A stretch of 7,239 bases of DNA from a virus. Lineage: Duplodnaviria > Heunggongvirae > Uroviricota > Caudoviricetes. Positions 1 to 6,788 of this stretch are shown piece after piece. How positions within the stretch are numbered: position 1 is the stretch's first letter; each line of letters starts with the position of its first letter. The stretch lies in the IMG/VR virus record IMGVR_UViG_2529292835_000020; one strand, written 5' to 3'. The position numbers and the translations under genes are program-made. The notes beneath the pieces were generated by a model, which saw only the letters and a list, made by a program, of their open reading frames with translations, was not told where the DNA came from and did no database searches.

Positions 1-296
1 AACACATCTCGATTTTTTGAAGCAATATGGTGATTTTGAAAATGGTATTCCTGTTCACGATACCATTGCCAGAGTTGTATCCTGTATCAGTCCTGCAAAA
101 TTTCACCAGTGCTTTATTAACTGGATGCGTGACTGCCATTCTTCAGATGATAAAGACGTCATTGCAATTGATGGAAAAACGCTCCAGCACTCTTATGACA
201 AGAGTCGCCGCAGGGGAGCGATTCATGTCATTAGTGCGTTCTCAACAATGCACAGTCTGGTCATCGGACAGATCAAGACGGATGAGAAATCTAATG
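1..296 (+). repeat. Direct repeat, identical to 6944-7239 (internal segment of the transposase gene)
   Basis: Base-by-base comparison by eye of window start and window end shows no mismatch. Confidence 0.9.
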
Positions 297-982
297 AGAT
301 TACAGCTATCCCAAAACTTCTTAACATATTGGATATTAAAGGAAAAATCATCACAACTGATGCGATGGGATGCCAGAAAGATATTGCAGAGAAGATACAA
401 AAACAGGGCGGTGATTATTTATTCGCGGTAAAAGGAAACCAGGGGCGGCTTAATAAAGCCTTTGAGGAAAAATTTCCGCTGAAAGAATTAAATAATCCAG
501 AGCATGACAGTTACGCAATGAGTGAAAAGAGTCACGGCAGAGAAGAAATCCGTCTTCATATTGTTTGCGATGTCCCTGATGAACTTATTGATTTCACGTT
601 TGAATGGAAAGGGCTGAAGAAATTATGCGTGGCAGTCTCCTTTCGGTCAATAATAGCAGAACAAAAGAAAGAGCCCGAAATGACGGTCAGATATTATATC
701 AGTTCTGCTGATTTAACCGCAGAGAAGTTCGCCACAGCAATCCGAAACCACTGGCACGTGGAGAATAAGCTGCACTGGCGTCTGGACGTGGTAATGAATG
801 AAGACGACTGCAGAATAAGAAGAGGAAATGCAGCGGAATTATTTTCAGGGATACGGCACATTGCTATTAATATTTTGACGAATGATAAGGTATTCAAGGC
901 AGGGTTAAGACGTAAGATGCGAAAAGCAGCCATGGACAGGAACTATCTGGCGTCAGTCCTTGCGGGGAGCGGGCTTTCGTAA
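1..982 (+). CDS. ISAs1-family (H-repeat-associated, DDE-type) transposase, 5'-truncated by the window edge; codons start at nt 2, stop TAA 980-982
   Basis: Open frame from the window edge to 982; provided ORF 17..982 translation (…[29 protein letters not shown]…[20 protein letters not shown]…) matches, from memory, the E. coli H-repeat proteins (YhhI/YdcC/YbfD paralogs); I cannot say which paralog. Its first 296 nt are identical to 6944-7239, the continuation of the complete 5' end seen at 6789. Confidence 0.9.
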   Translation, partial: THLDFLKQYGDFENGIPVHDTIARVVSCISPAKFHQCFINWMRDCHSSDDKDVIAIDGKTLQHSYDKSRRRGAIHVISAFSTMHSLVIGQIKTDEKSNEITAIPKLLNILDIKGKIITTDAMGCQKDIAEKIQKQGGDYLFAVKGNQGRLNKAFEEKFPLKELNNPEHDSYAMSEKSHGREEIRLHIVCDVPDELIDFTFEWKGLKKLCVAVSFRSIIAEQKKEPEMTVRYYISSADLTAEKFATAIRNHWHVENKLHWRLDVVMNEDDCRIRRGNAAELFSGIRHIAINILTNDKVFKAGLRRKMRKAAMDRNYLASVLAGSGLS

Positions 983-1011
983 TCTTGCCCTGGGTAGGAG
1001 GCCCTCCAGGG

Positions 1012-1464
1012 ATGTTAGTCGGTGCGGCAGTTGGAGCGGTGGTTATTGGTGGTGGTATAGTAATATACAACAATCGCGAGGCTGTTGGGGATGCGATTGA
1101 GAAAAGTATGGAGATGCGGGGTGAAGCCGAATTATTAAATGCACAAAGTCAAATGGAATTCTGGCGAGATCCCTATGGTGCTTTTTCCAGCGTGTTTGGA
1201 AATGATGATTCATCAAAAGAGAATCCAAATGTCGGGAAGGATTTGACGGATGAAGAGAAGAACTGTTTGGGCAGTGGCAGTACAGGAGGTTCGGGAGGGT
1301 GGGAGCCAGATGAGGATGGCGAAATAAGAAATACCTACAGGTCTATTAAGGATGCTCCTCAGTATCCCAGAGGGTTTAGGAATGTCCAAAATGGCACTAC
1401 AAGGAATGTTGTAAAGGATCAGCAGTTATTGAAACAATTACGTAAAGTAGATTCAGGAAAATAG
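1012..1464 (+). CDS. Hypothetical protein with N-terminal glycine-zipper-like hydrophobic segment; possible orphan toxin-like remnant; ends at amber TAG 1462-1464 but the frame stays open to TAA 1582-1584
   Basis: ATG 1012 preceded by AGGAGG 995-1000 (the ORF track's 985 start is a TTG). N-terminus MLVGAAVGAVVIGGGIVIY is hydrophobic and Gly-rich, followed by a hydrophilic body. Body is AT-rich unlike the rhs core. Function not recognised. Confidence 0.4.
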   Translation: MLVGAAVGAVVIGGGIVIYNNREAVGDAIEKSMEMRGEAELLNAQSQMEFWRDPYGAFSSVFGNDDSSKENPNVGKDLTDEEKNCLGSGSTGGSGGWEPDEDGEIRNTYRSIKDAPQYPRGFRNVQNGTTRNVVKDQQLLKQLRKVDSGK

Positions 1465-1583
1465 AGTAAAGTTTATAAAGATGGATTTGATGCGTCAGGT
1501 CGAAAAGTGTCCATTCACTATTTTGAAAGTCAGAGTGGTCGAGTATTTAATGTAAAAGTAAAACCTTATTGGAGTAATTTATA

Positions 1584-1924
1584 ATGAGAATTGATTATAG
1601 TATTAGCAATGAACACGCAGAGAAATTTATCAGTCTTTTAGTGTTGGGTGTTTTATATTCTATTGAAAAAAAGCAATATCTATAGATGAGGCAGAAGGTT
1701 TTATATTTAAGCCATCTACGTCAAAAACATTGAATGCTGCATCGCACTCTAAAAACTTAATTGACATTATAGATTCTGGTTGTGAGCTTGAAGATATATC
1801 TAGCATCATTCCTGAAAATTTATCAGGTAATATTGATAAATTAATTAACCAGACGCTGGATTTTATTCGAGGTGCTCCTGATTTTGGCGGTGCAGTCGAT
1901 AAGGAAATTATTTTAGTCAAATAA
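1584..1924 (+). pseudogene. Small gene (candidate immunity-like partner) split by a -1 frame change at an A7 tract: 1584..1685 (33 codons) continues in the -1 frame 1667..1924
   Basis: ATG 1584 overlaps the upstream TAA (TAATG) with GGAG at 1571-1574. The frame stops at TAG 1683-1685, but the -1 frame is open from 1667 to TAA 1922-1924 and has no plausible ATG of its own. One extra A in the 1666-1672 run would fuse both parts into a 113-codon ORF. Confidence 0.35.
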
Positions 1925-1958
1925 AAATATATCGTTAATATATGTTGGTGATGTTTTG

Positions 1959-1990
1959 TTGAGGGCTTTTTTATTGTTAGTGGTATAAAT
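1959..1990 (+). promoter_or_regulatory. Candidate sigma70 promoter for rhs: -35 TTGAGG (1959-1964), extended -10 TGgTATAAA (1981-1989)
   Basis: Hexamer matches in the AT-rich intergenic region upstream of the rhs RBS AGGGAG (1993-1998) and ATG 2005. The 19-nt spacer is longer than optimal. Motif-based only. Confidence 0.3.
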
Positions 1991-2156
1991 ATAAGGGAGT
2001 GAGAATGAGCGGAAAACCGGCGGCGCGGCAGGGCGACATGACCCGCAAGGGACTGGATATTGTGCAGGGTTCAGCAGGGGTGCTGATAGGCGCGCCGACG
2101 GGGGTTGCCTGCTCGGTGTGTCCTAAAAAAAGGACAGTCCAAATTATGGCAACCCG

Positions 2157-3407
2157 GTGAACCCGGTGCTGGGTGCAAAGGTGCTGCCGGGCGAGACGGA
2201 CATTGCGCTGCCCGGCCCGCTGCCGTTCATCCTTTCCCGCGCCTACAGCAGTTACCGGACCAGGACGCCCGCGCCGGTAGGGGTGTTCGGTCCCGGCTGG
2301 AAAGCGCCCTTCGATATCCGCTTACAGATACGCGATGAAGGCCTGATACTCAACGACAGCGGCGGCAGGAGCATTCACTTTGAGCCGCTGTTTCCCGGCG
2401 AGGTAAGCTACAGCCGCAGCGAGTCACTCTGGCTGGCGCGGGGCGGAGTAGCGGCGCAGCACAGTTCGCAGCCGCTAAGCGCGCTCTGGCAGGTGCTGCC
2501 GGAAGATGTTCGCCTGAGTCCGCATGTGTACCTGGCGACAAACAGCCTTCAGGGGCCGTGGTGGATACTCAGCTGGCCGGAGCGGGTGCCGGGGGCGGAC
2601 GAGGTGCTGCCGCCGGAGCCGCCCGCATACCGGGTGCTGACGGGCGTGGTGGACGGCTTCGGGCGGACGCTGACTTTCCACCGGGCGGCGGAGGGTGACG
2701 TGGCGGGCGCGGTGACGGGGGTGACGGACGGCGCGGGCCGCTGTTTTCACCTGGTGCTGACCACACAGGCGCAGCGGGCGGAAGCCTTCCGTAAACAGCG
2801 CGCCACGTCTTTATCTTCCCCTGCCGGTCCCCGTTCTGCTTCCTCTTCTTCTGCTTTCCCCGACACGCTGCCCGCCGGTACAGGATACGGTGCCGATAAC
2901 GGTATCCGGCTGGAGGCGGTGTGGCTGACACACGACCCGGCATACCCGGATGAACAGCCGACTGCGCCGCTGGCGCGCTACACGTACACGGCCAGCGGAG
3001 AACTGCGGGCGGTGTATGACCGCAGCGGGACGCAGGTTCGCGGGTTTACTTATGATGCGGAGCACGCCGGGCGGATGGTGGCGCACCATTATGCGGGGAG
3101 GCCGGAGAGCTGCTACCGGTATGATGATACCGGTCGGGTGACGGAGCAGGTCAACCCGGAGGGGCTGGACTACCGCTTTGAGTACGGAGAGAGCCGGGTA
3201 ATCATCACGGACAGCCTGAACCGGCGGGAGGTGCTGTACACGGAAGGCGAGGGTGGCCTGAAGCGGGTGGTGAAGAAGGAGCATGCCGACGGGAGCATCA
3301 CCCGCAGCGAGTATGATGAGGCGGGGAGGCTGAAGGCGCAGACGGATGCGGCGGGGCGGCGGACGGAGTACCGGCTGCATATGGCGTCGGGTGCGGTGAC
3401 GCGGTGA
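2157..3407 (+). CDS. Rhs N-terminal core fragment (a gene caller would report this segment of the rhs pseudogene as a separate CDS)
   Basis: ORF-track frame; translation aligns with the Rhs N-terminal region as I recall it (NPV-GAKVLPGETD-ALPGPLPFILSR-YSSYRT…). Not an independent gene. Confidence 0.5.
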   Translation: MNPVLGAKVLPGETDIALPGPLPFILSRAYSSYRTRTPAPVGVFGPGWKAPFDIRLQIRDEGLILNDSGGRSIHFEPLFPGEVSYSRSESLWLARGGVAAQHSSQPLSALWQVLPEDVRLSPHVYLATNSLQGPWWILSWPERVPGADEVLPPEPPAYRVLTGVVDGFGRTLTFHRAAEGDVAGAVTGVTDGAGRCFHLVLTTQAQRAEAFRKQRATSLSSPAGPRSASSSSAFPDTLPAGTGYGADNGIRLEAVWLTHDPAYPDEQPTAPLARYTYTASGELRAVYDRSGTQVRGFTYDAEHAGRMVAHHYAGRPESCYRYDDTGRVTEQVNPEGLDYRFEYGESRVIITDSLNRREVLYTEGEGGLKRVVKKEHADGSITRSEYDEAGRLKAQTDAAGRRTEYRLHMASGAVTR

Positions 3408-3905
3408 CGGGGCCGGACGGCAGGACGGTACGGTATGGCTATAACAGCCAGCGGCAGGTGACGTCAGTGACGTACCCGGACGGGCTTCGCAGCAGCCGGG
3501 AGTATGATGAGAGGGAAGGCTGACGGCGGAGACCTCGCGCAGCGGTGAGACAACGCGGTACAGCTATGATGACCCGGCGAGTGAGCTGCCGACAGGGATA
3601 CAGGACGCGACGGGCAGTACAAAACAGATGGCATGGAGCCGTTACGGTCAACTGCTGGCCTTCACGGACTGCTCGGGGTACACGACGCGGTATGAGTACG
3701 ACCGGTACGGTCAACAAATCGCCGTTCACCGGGAAGAAGGCATCAGCACTTACAGCAGTTATAACCCGCGTGGCAACTGGTCAGTCAGAGGGATGCGCAG
3801 GGGCGGGAGACCCGTTATGAGTACAGCGCCGCAGGCGACCTGACAGCGACGATATCACCGGACGGTAAACGCAGCACCATCGAATATGATAAACGCGGGC
3901 GTCCG

Positions 3906-4613
3906 GTGAGTGTGACGGAAGGCGGTCTGACGCGCAGCATGGGGTATGACGCTGCCGGGCGCATCACTGTGCTGACCAACGAGAACGGCAGCCAGTCCAC
4001 GTTCCGGTATGACCCGGTCGACAGGCTGACGGAGCAGCGTGGCTTTGATGGCAGGACGCAACGTTACCAGTATGACCTGACCGGAAAACTCACGCAGAGT
4101 GAAGATGAGGGGCTTATCACCCTCTGGCACTACGATGCGTCGGACCGCATCACCCGGCGCACGGTGAACGGCGACCCGGCGGAGCAGTGGCAGTATGATG
4201 AACACGGGTGGCTAACCACCATCAGCCATACCAGTGACGGCCACCGAGTGTCGGTCCACTACGGCTATGACGATAAAGGCCGCCTGACGGGCGAACGGCA
4301 GACGGTGGAGAACCCGGAGACGGGGGAGATGCTGTGGGAGCATGAGACGGGGCATGCGTACAGCGAACAGGGGCTGGCGACCCGTCAGGAGCCGGACGGC
4401 CTGCCGCCGGTGGAGTGGCTGACGTATGGCAGCGGTTATCTTGCGGGGATGAAGCTGGGCGGAACGCCACTGGTCGAGTACACGCGGGACCGGCTGCACC
4501 GTGAGACGGTGCGCAGCTTCGGCGGTGGCAGGCCTGATGAAGCTTGCCACCGCCTGGACATACACCCTCACAGGGCAGCTACAGAGCAGGCACCTGAACC
4601 TCCCGCAGCTTGA
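3906..4613 (+). CDS. Rhs central core fragment with YD repeats (segment of the rhs pseudogene)
   Basis: ORF-track frame; YD-repeat content ([18 protein letters not shown]); homologous frame actually opens at about 3765. Confidence 0.45.
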   Translation: MSVTEGGLTRSMGYDAAGRITVLTNENGSQSTFRYDPVDRLTEQRGFDGRTQRYQYDLTGKLTQSEDEGLITLWHYDASDRITRRTVNGDPAEQWQYDEHGWLTTISHTSDGHRVSVHYGYDDKGRLTGERQTVENPETGEMLWEHETGHAYSEQGLATRQEPDGLPPVEWLTYGSGYLAGMKLGGTPLVEYTRDRLHRETVRSFGGGRPDEACHRLDIHPHRAATEQAPEPPAA

Positions 4614-6240
4614 CCGGGACTACGACTGGAACGACAACGGACAGCTAATCCGCATCAGCGGCCCGCAGGAGAGCCGGGAGTACCGTTACAGTGACACGGG
4701 AAGGCTGACGGGCGTCCACACCACGGCGGCGAACCTGGATATCGATATCCCGTATGCGACGAACCCGGCAGGAAACCGGCTGCCGGACCCGGAACTGCAC
4801 CCGGACAGCACCCTCACGGCGTGGCCGGATAACCGCATCGCGGAAGATGCGCACTATGTCTACCGCTACGATGAATACGGCAGGCTGGCGGAGAAGACGG
4901 ACCGCATCCCGGAAGGGGTGATACGGATGCACGACGAGCGGACCCACCACTACCACTACGACAGCCAGCACCGTCTGGTGTTCTACACGCGGATACAGCA
5001 CGGTGAGCCGCAGGTGGAGAGCCGCTACCTCTATGACCCGCTGGGCCGCCGGACGGGAAAACGGGTGTGGCGGCGGGAGCGTGACCTGACGGGGTGGATG
5101 TCGCTGTCGCGTAAACCGGAGGAGACATGGTACGGGTGGGACGGTGACAGGCTGACGACGATACAGACCGGCACCACGCGTATCCAGACGGTGTACCAGC
5201 CGGGGAGCTTCACGCCGCTCCTGAGAATCGAAACAGAGAATGGCGAACAGGCGAAGGCGCGGCACCGTAGCCTGGCGGAGGTGTTGCAGGAGGACACGGG
5301 TGTGACGCTACCGGCGGAGCTGGCGGTGATGCTGGGGAGGCTGGAGCGGGAACTGCGCGCGGGAGCGGTGAGTGCGGAGAGTGAGGCATGGCTTGCGCAG
5401 TGCGGGCTGACGGCGGAACAGATGGCCGCGCAGATGGAGGCGGAATACATCCCGGAGAGGAAACTTCATCTTTACCACTGTGACCACCGTGGACTGCCGC
5501 AGGCGCTCATCACCCCGGAAGGCGAAACGGCGTGGTGCGGGGAGTATGACGAGTGGGGGAACCAGCTTAATGAGGAGAACCCGCATCACCTGTACCAGCC
5601 GTACCGTTTGCCGGGGCAGCAGTATGATGAGGAGTCGGGACTGTATTACAACCGTCACCGGTACTACGATCCGTTGCAGGGGCGGTATATCACCCAGGAT
5701 CCGATAGGGTTGAAGGGGGGAATAAATCTATACACGTATCCACTGGCACCAATACGTTACACTGATCCACTGGGGTTAGAACGAGTTATAAGTGTATATG
5801 GGCCTCCCGCTCCAGACCGGGCAGGTGCTGAAACTCCTCTTGTTCTTACTGATATGACTGGAGGAGTGACTATTTATTATGATCCTGAAACAGGTGATTC
5901 AATGACTTTTGATAGTAGCAATAGAATTGATCGTCGTTCTCAACGTGGTGCTGGTGATCCATATACAGGTGAAGTCGTTGGTTGTGAGACAAATGAATCA
6001 GGAATATCGGCAGCATATGGCACAACGAAGATCTATACTACAGATACTAGAGCAAGATGGCTACATGGTGGGGGATCATCGTTGCGCGATCCTTATGCTC
6101 CTCGACAAGGCTGGAAACCAACTATGGGATGTACCCGTGCACAGAATGAAGATGTAGATGAGTTGTGTAAGAAAGTGACAAGTTGGATGTATTCGCATCC
6201 TGGAGAGAGAATTAGATATGAACGTTTTAAGACACGTTAA
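4501..6240 (+). CDS. Rhs C-terminal core plus toxin tip (longest intact segment of the rhs pseudogene)
   Basis: 579-codon open frame containing YD repeats, DPLGL (5764-5778) and the 153-codon C-terminal domain; stop TAA 6238-6240. Confidence 0.55.
   Translation: MRRCAASAVAGLMKLATAWTYTLTGQLQSRHLNLPQLDRDYDWNDNGQLIRISGPQESREYRYSDTGRLTGVHTTAANLDIDIPYATNPAGNRLPDPELHPDSTLTAWPDNRIAEDAHYVYRYDEYGRLAEKTDRIPEGVIRMHDERTHHYHYDSQHRLVFYTRIQHGEPQVESRYLYDPLGRRTGKRVWRRERDLTGWMSLSRKPEETWYGWDGDRLTTIQTGTTRIQTVYQPGSFTPLLRIETENGEQAKARHRSLAEVLQEDTGVTLPAELAVMLGRLERELRAGAVSAESEAWLAQCGLTAEQMAAQMEAEYIPERKLHLYHCDHRGLPQALITPEGETAWCGEYDEWGNQLNEENPHHLYQPYRLPGQQYDEESGLYYNRHRYYDPLQGRYITQDPIGLKGGINLYTYPLAPIRYTDPLGLERVISVYGPPAPDRAGAETPLVLTDMTGGVTIYYDPETGDSMTFDSSNRIDRRSQRGAGDPYTGEVVGCETNESGISAAYGTTKIYTTDTRARWLHGGGSSLRDPYAPRQGWKPTMGCTRAQNEDVDELCKKVTSWMYSHPGERIRYERFKTR
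5779..6237 (+). other. Rhs C-terminal toxin domain, putative L,D-transpeptidase (YkuD) fold
   Basis: Begins immediately after DPLGL. Contains WLHGGG (His codon 6064-6066) and, about 22 residues later, [17 protein letters not shown] (Cys codon 6130-6132), resembling the YkuD His … (S/T)xGC(I/V)Rx-N-D…L active-site signature. Composition switches to AT-rich. Confidence 0.5.
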
Positions 6241-6610
6241 TGCGATTAACATGGGAGTGTGCATTCTAATTTTGGTTATTGGATGTGCAAATGCTAAAGT
6301 TCTTAAACGATGTATATTACCCGCTCCTGATGGTGGCGTAGAAAAACTATCAAAACCCAACTTACATGGAGTAATTAAAAAAGTTGATTTGAACACAAAT
6401 GAAGCGGAAATTAAAATAAAAGAGGGGGGGGCAGTGAGTTTTATTTTTAATGAGGAAACATTGTATTTTACTGTTTTTGGTGGGGATTTTATTATGGATG
6501 ATTTAAAAAAAGTAAAAAATACGGAAGCATGGGTATGGTATAAAAATTGCGATAGTAAAAATAAAAATGTGGCAGTTGAACTTCTTCAAATCTACGAATT
6601 GCATCAATGA
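6218..6610 (+). CDS. Predicted lipoprotein or exported small protein; candidate cognate immunity protein of the Rhs C-terminal toxin
   Basis: ATG 6218 overlaps the last codons of rhs (stop 6238-6240). N-terminus [23 protein letters not shown] has a positive n-region, hydrophobic core and lipobox-like VIGC (AXA-like ANA follows). AT-rich; stop TGA 6608-6610. Position matches Rhs immunity genes. Confidence 0.65.
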   Translation: MNVLRHVNAINMGVCILILVIGCANAKVLKRCILPAPDGGVEKLSKPNLHGVIKKVDLNTNEAEIKIKEGGAVSFIFNEETLYFTVFGGDFIMDDLKKVKNTEAWVWYKNCDSKNKNVAVELLQIYELHQ

Positions 6611-6650
6611 AAAATATAGTTAAATAGAGGAGGTTATTAATAGCAGGAAA

Positions 6651-6674
6651 AGCATCACGTGATGCTGATTTTTT
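6651..6674 (+). terminator. Candidate intrinsic terminator: palindrome AGCATCACGTGATGCT followed by T6
   Basis: Perfect 16-nt palindrome at 6651-6666 (about 6-bp stem, 4-nt loop) followed by TTTTTT at 6669-6674, 41 nt after the 6610 stop. Stem is short and only moderately GC-rich. Confidence 0.4.
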
Positions 6675-6788
6675 GCACTAAATAATTCGCATTTTATGTT
6701 TAAAAATTGAGATATTCCTTATTACCTAAAGCTGTTTTTTATTGCTTATACATGATCAAATACTCCTTACATAATTAAGGAGAACAAA

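Larger units (their letters stand above)
1..1010 (+). mobile_element. H-repeat (ISAs1-family IS) copy 1, partial; right boundary approximate
   Basis: Contains the transposase CDS. Terminal inverted repeats could not be identified by eye, so the right end is a guess; the GC-rich stretch 983-1060 may belong to the IS end. Confidence 0.45.
2005..6240 (+). pseudogene. Rhs-family YD-repeat toxin gene with N-terminal PAAR motif, frame-disrupted; C-terminal tip encodes a YkuD/L,D-transpeptidase-like domain
   Basis: N-terminus MSGKPAARQGDM…GAPTGVACSVCP. YD repeats throughout ([54 protein letters not shown]). Core ends with DPLGL at 5764-5778. Reading frame changes at about 2125-2131, 3393-3408, 3509-3520, 3769-3777 and 4518-4533, so homologous sequence runs through segments 2005-2160, 2127-3407, 3404-3523, 3511-3843, 3765-4613 and 4501-6240. 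Span of 4236 nt fits a ~1400-aa Rhs. Confidence 0.85.

Noticed and set aside
27-933. ORFs 27..431 (+) and 694..933 (-) overlapping the transposase gene
   Set aside because: Alternative-frame and antisense ORFs inside a well-supported CDS; no independent support.
996-1007. Short inverted repeat GGAGG-c-CCTCC
   Set aside because: Loop too small and stem too short for a terminator; it overlaps the likely RBS (AGGAGG) of the 1012 ORF. Not called.
1660-1920. Minus-strand ORF 1660..1920 (86 aa) overlapping the + strand small ORF
   Set aside because: The + strand frames have RBS/TAATG coupling to upstream genes and every supported gene is on the + strand; the antisense ORF in AT-rich DNA is likely chance. 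Cannot be fully excluded without homology data.
2122-2135. Programmed ribosomal frameshift at the rhs A7 tract
   Set aside because: In the upstream frame the context is CCT AAA AAA AGG, not an X XXY YYZ heptamer; a mutation or sequencing indel is the simpler explanation.
2350-3380. Minus-strand ORFs 2350..2541, 2475..2750, 2569..2943, 2811..3380 (Pro/Arg/Ala-rich translations)
   Set aside because: Antisense to the Rhs core; long antisense ORFs are expected in GC-rich sequence, the translations are low-complexity, and no start or RBS context supports them.
2105-3820. Plus-strand alternative-frame ORFs 2105..2338, 2950..3141, 3545..3820
   Set aside because: Translations are Arg/Ala-rich and do not resemble Rhs; they are out-of-frame readings of the core.
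4212-5658. Minus-strand ORFs 4212..4571, 4222..4470, 4645..5265, 4814..5128, 5031..5450, 5308..5658
   Set aside because: Same reasoning: antisense to the YD-repeat core, with Arg/Pro-rich low-complexity translations.
5480-6396. ORFs 5480..5707 (+), 5909..6157 (+) and 6076..6396 (-)
   Set aside because: Overlap the Rhs tip and immunity ORF in other frames or antisense; the primary frames carry the recognisable motifs.
6621-6640. Strong Shine-Dalgarno-like GAGGAGG at about 6626-6632
   Set aside because: No ATG/GTG/TTG start with an open frame within a usable distance downstream; probably fortuitous or a remnant.
6675-6788. Search for IS terminal inverted repeats (6675-6788 against reverse complement of 983-1060) and a promoter for the second transposase copy
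   Set aside because: No convincing complementarity or well-spaced -35/-10 pair found by eye, so IS termini and promoter are left unannotated; an ISfinder alignment would settle this.
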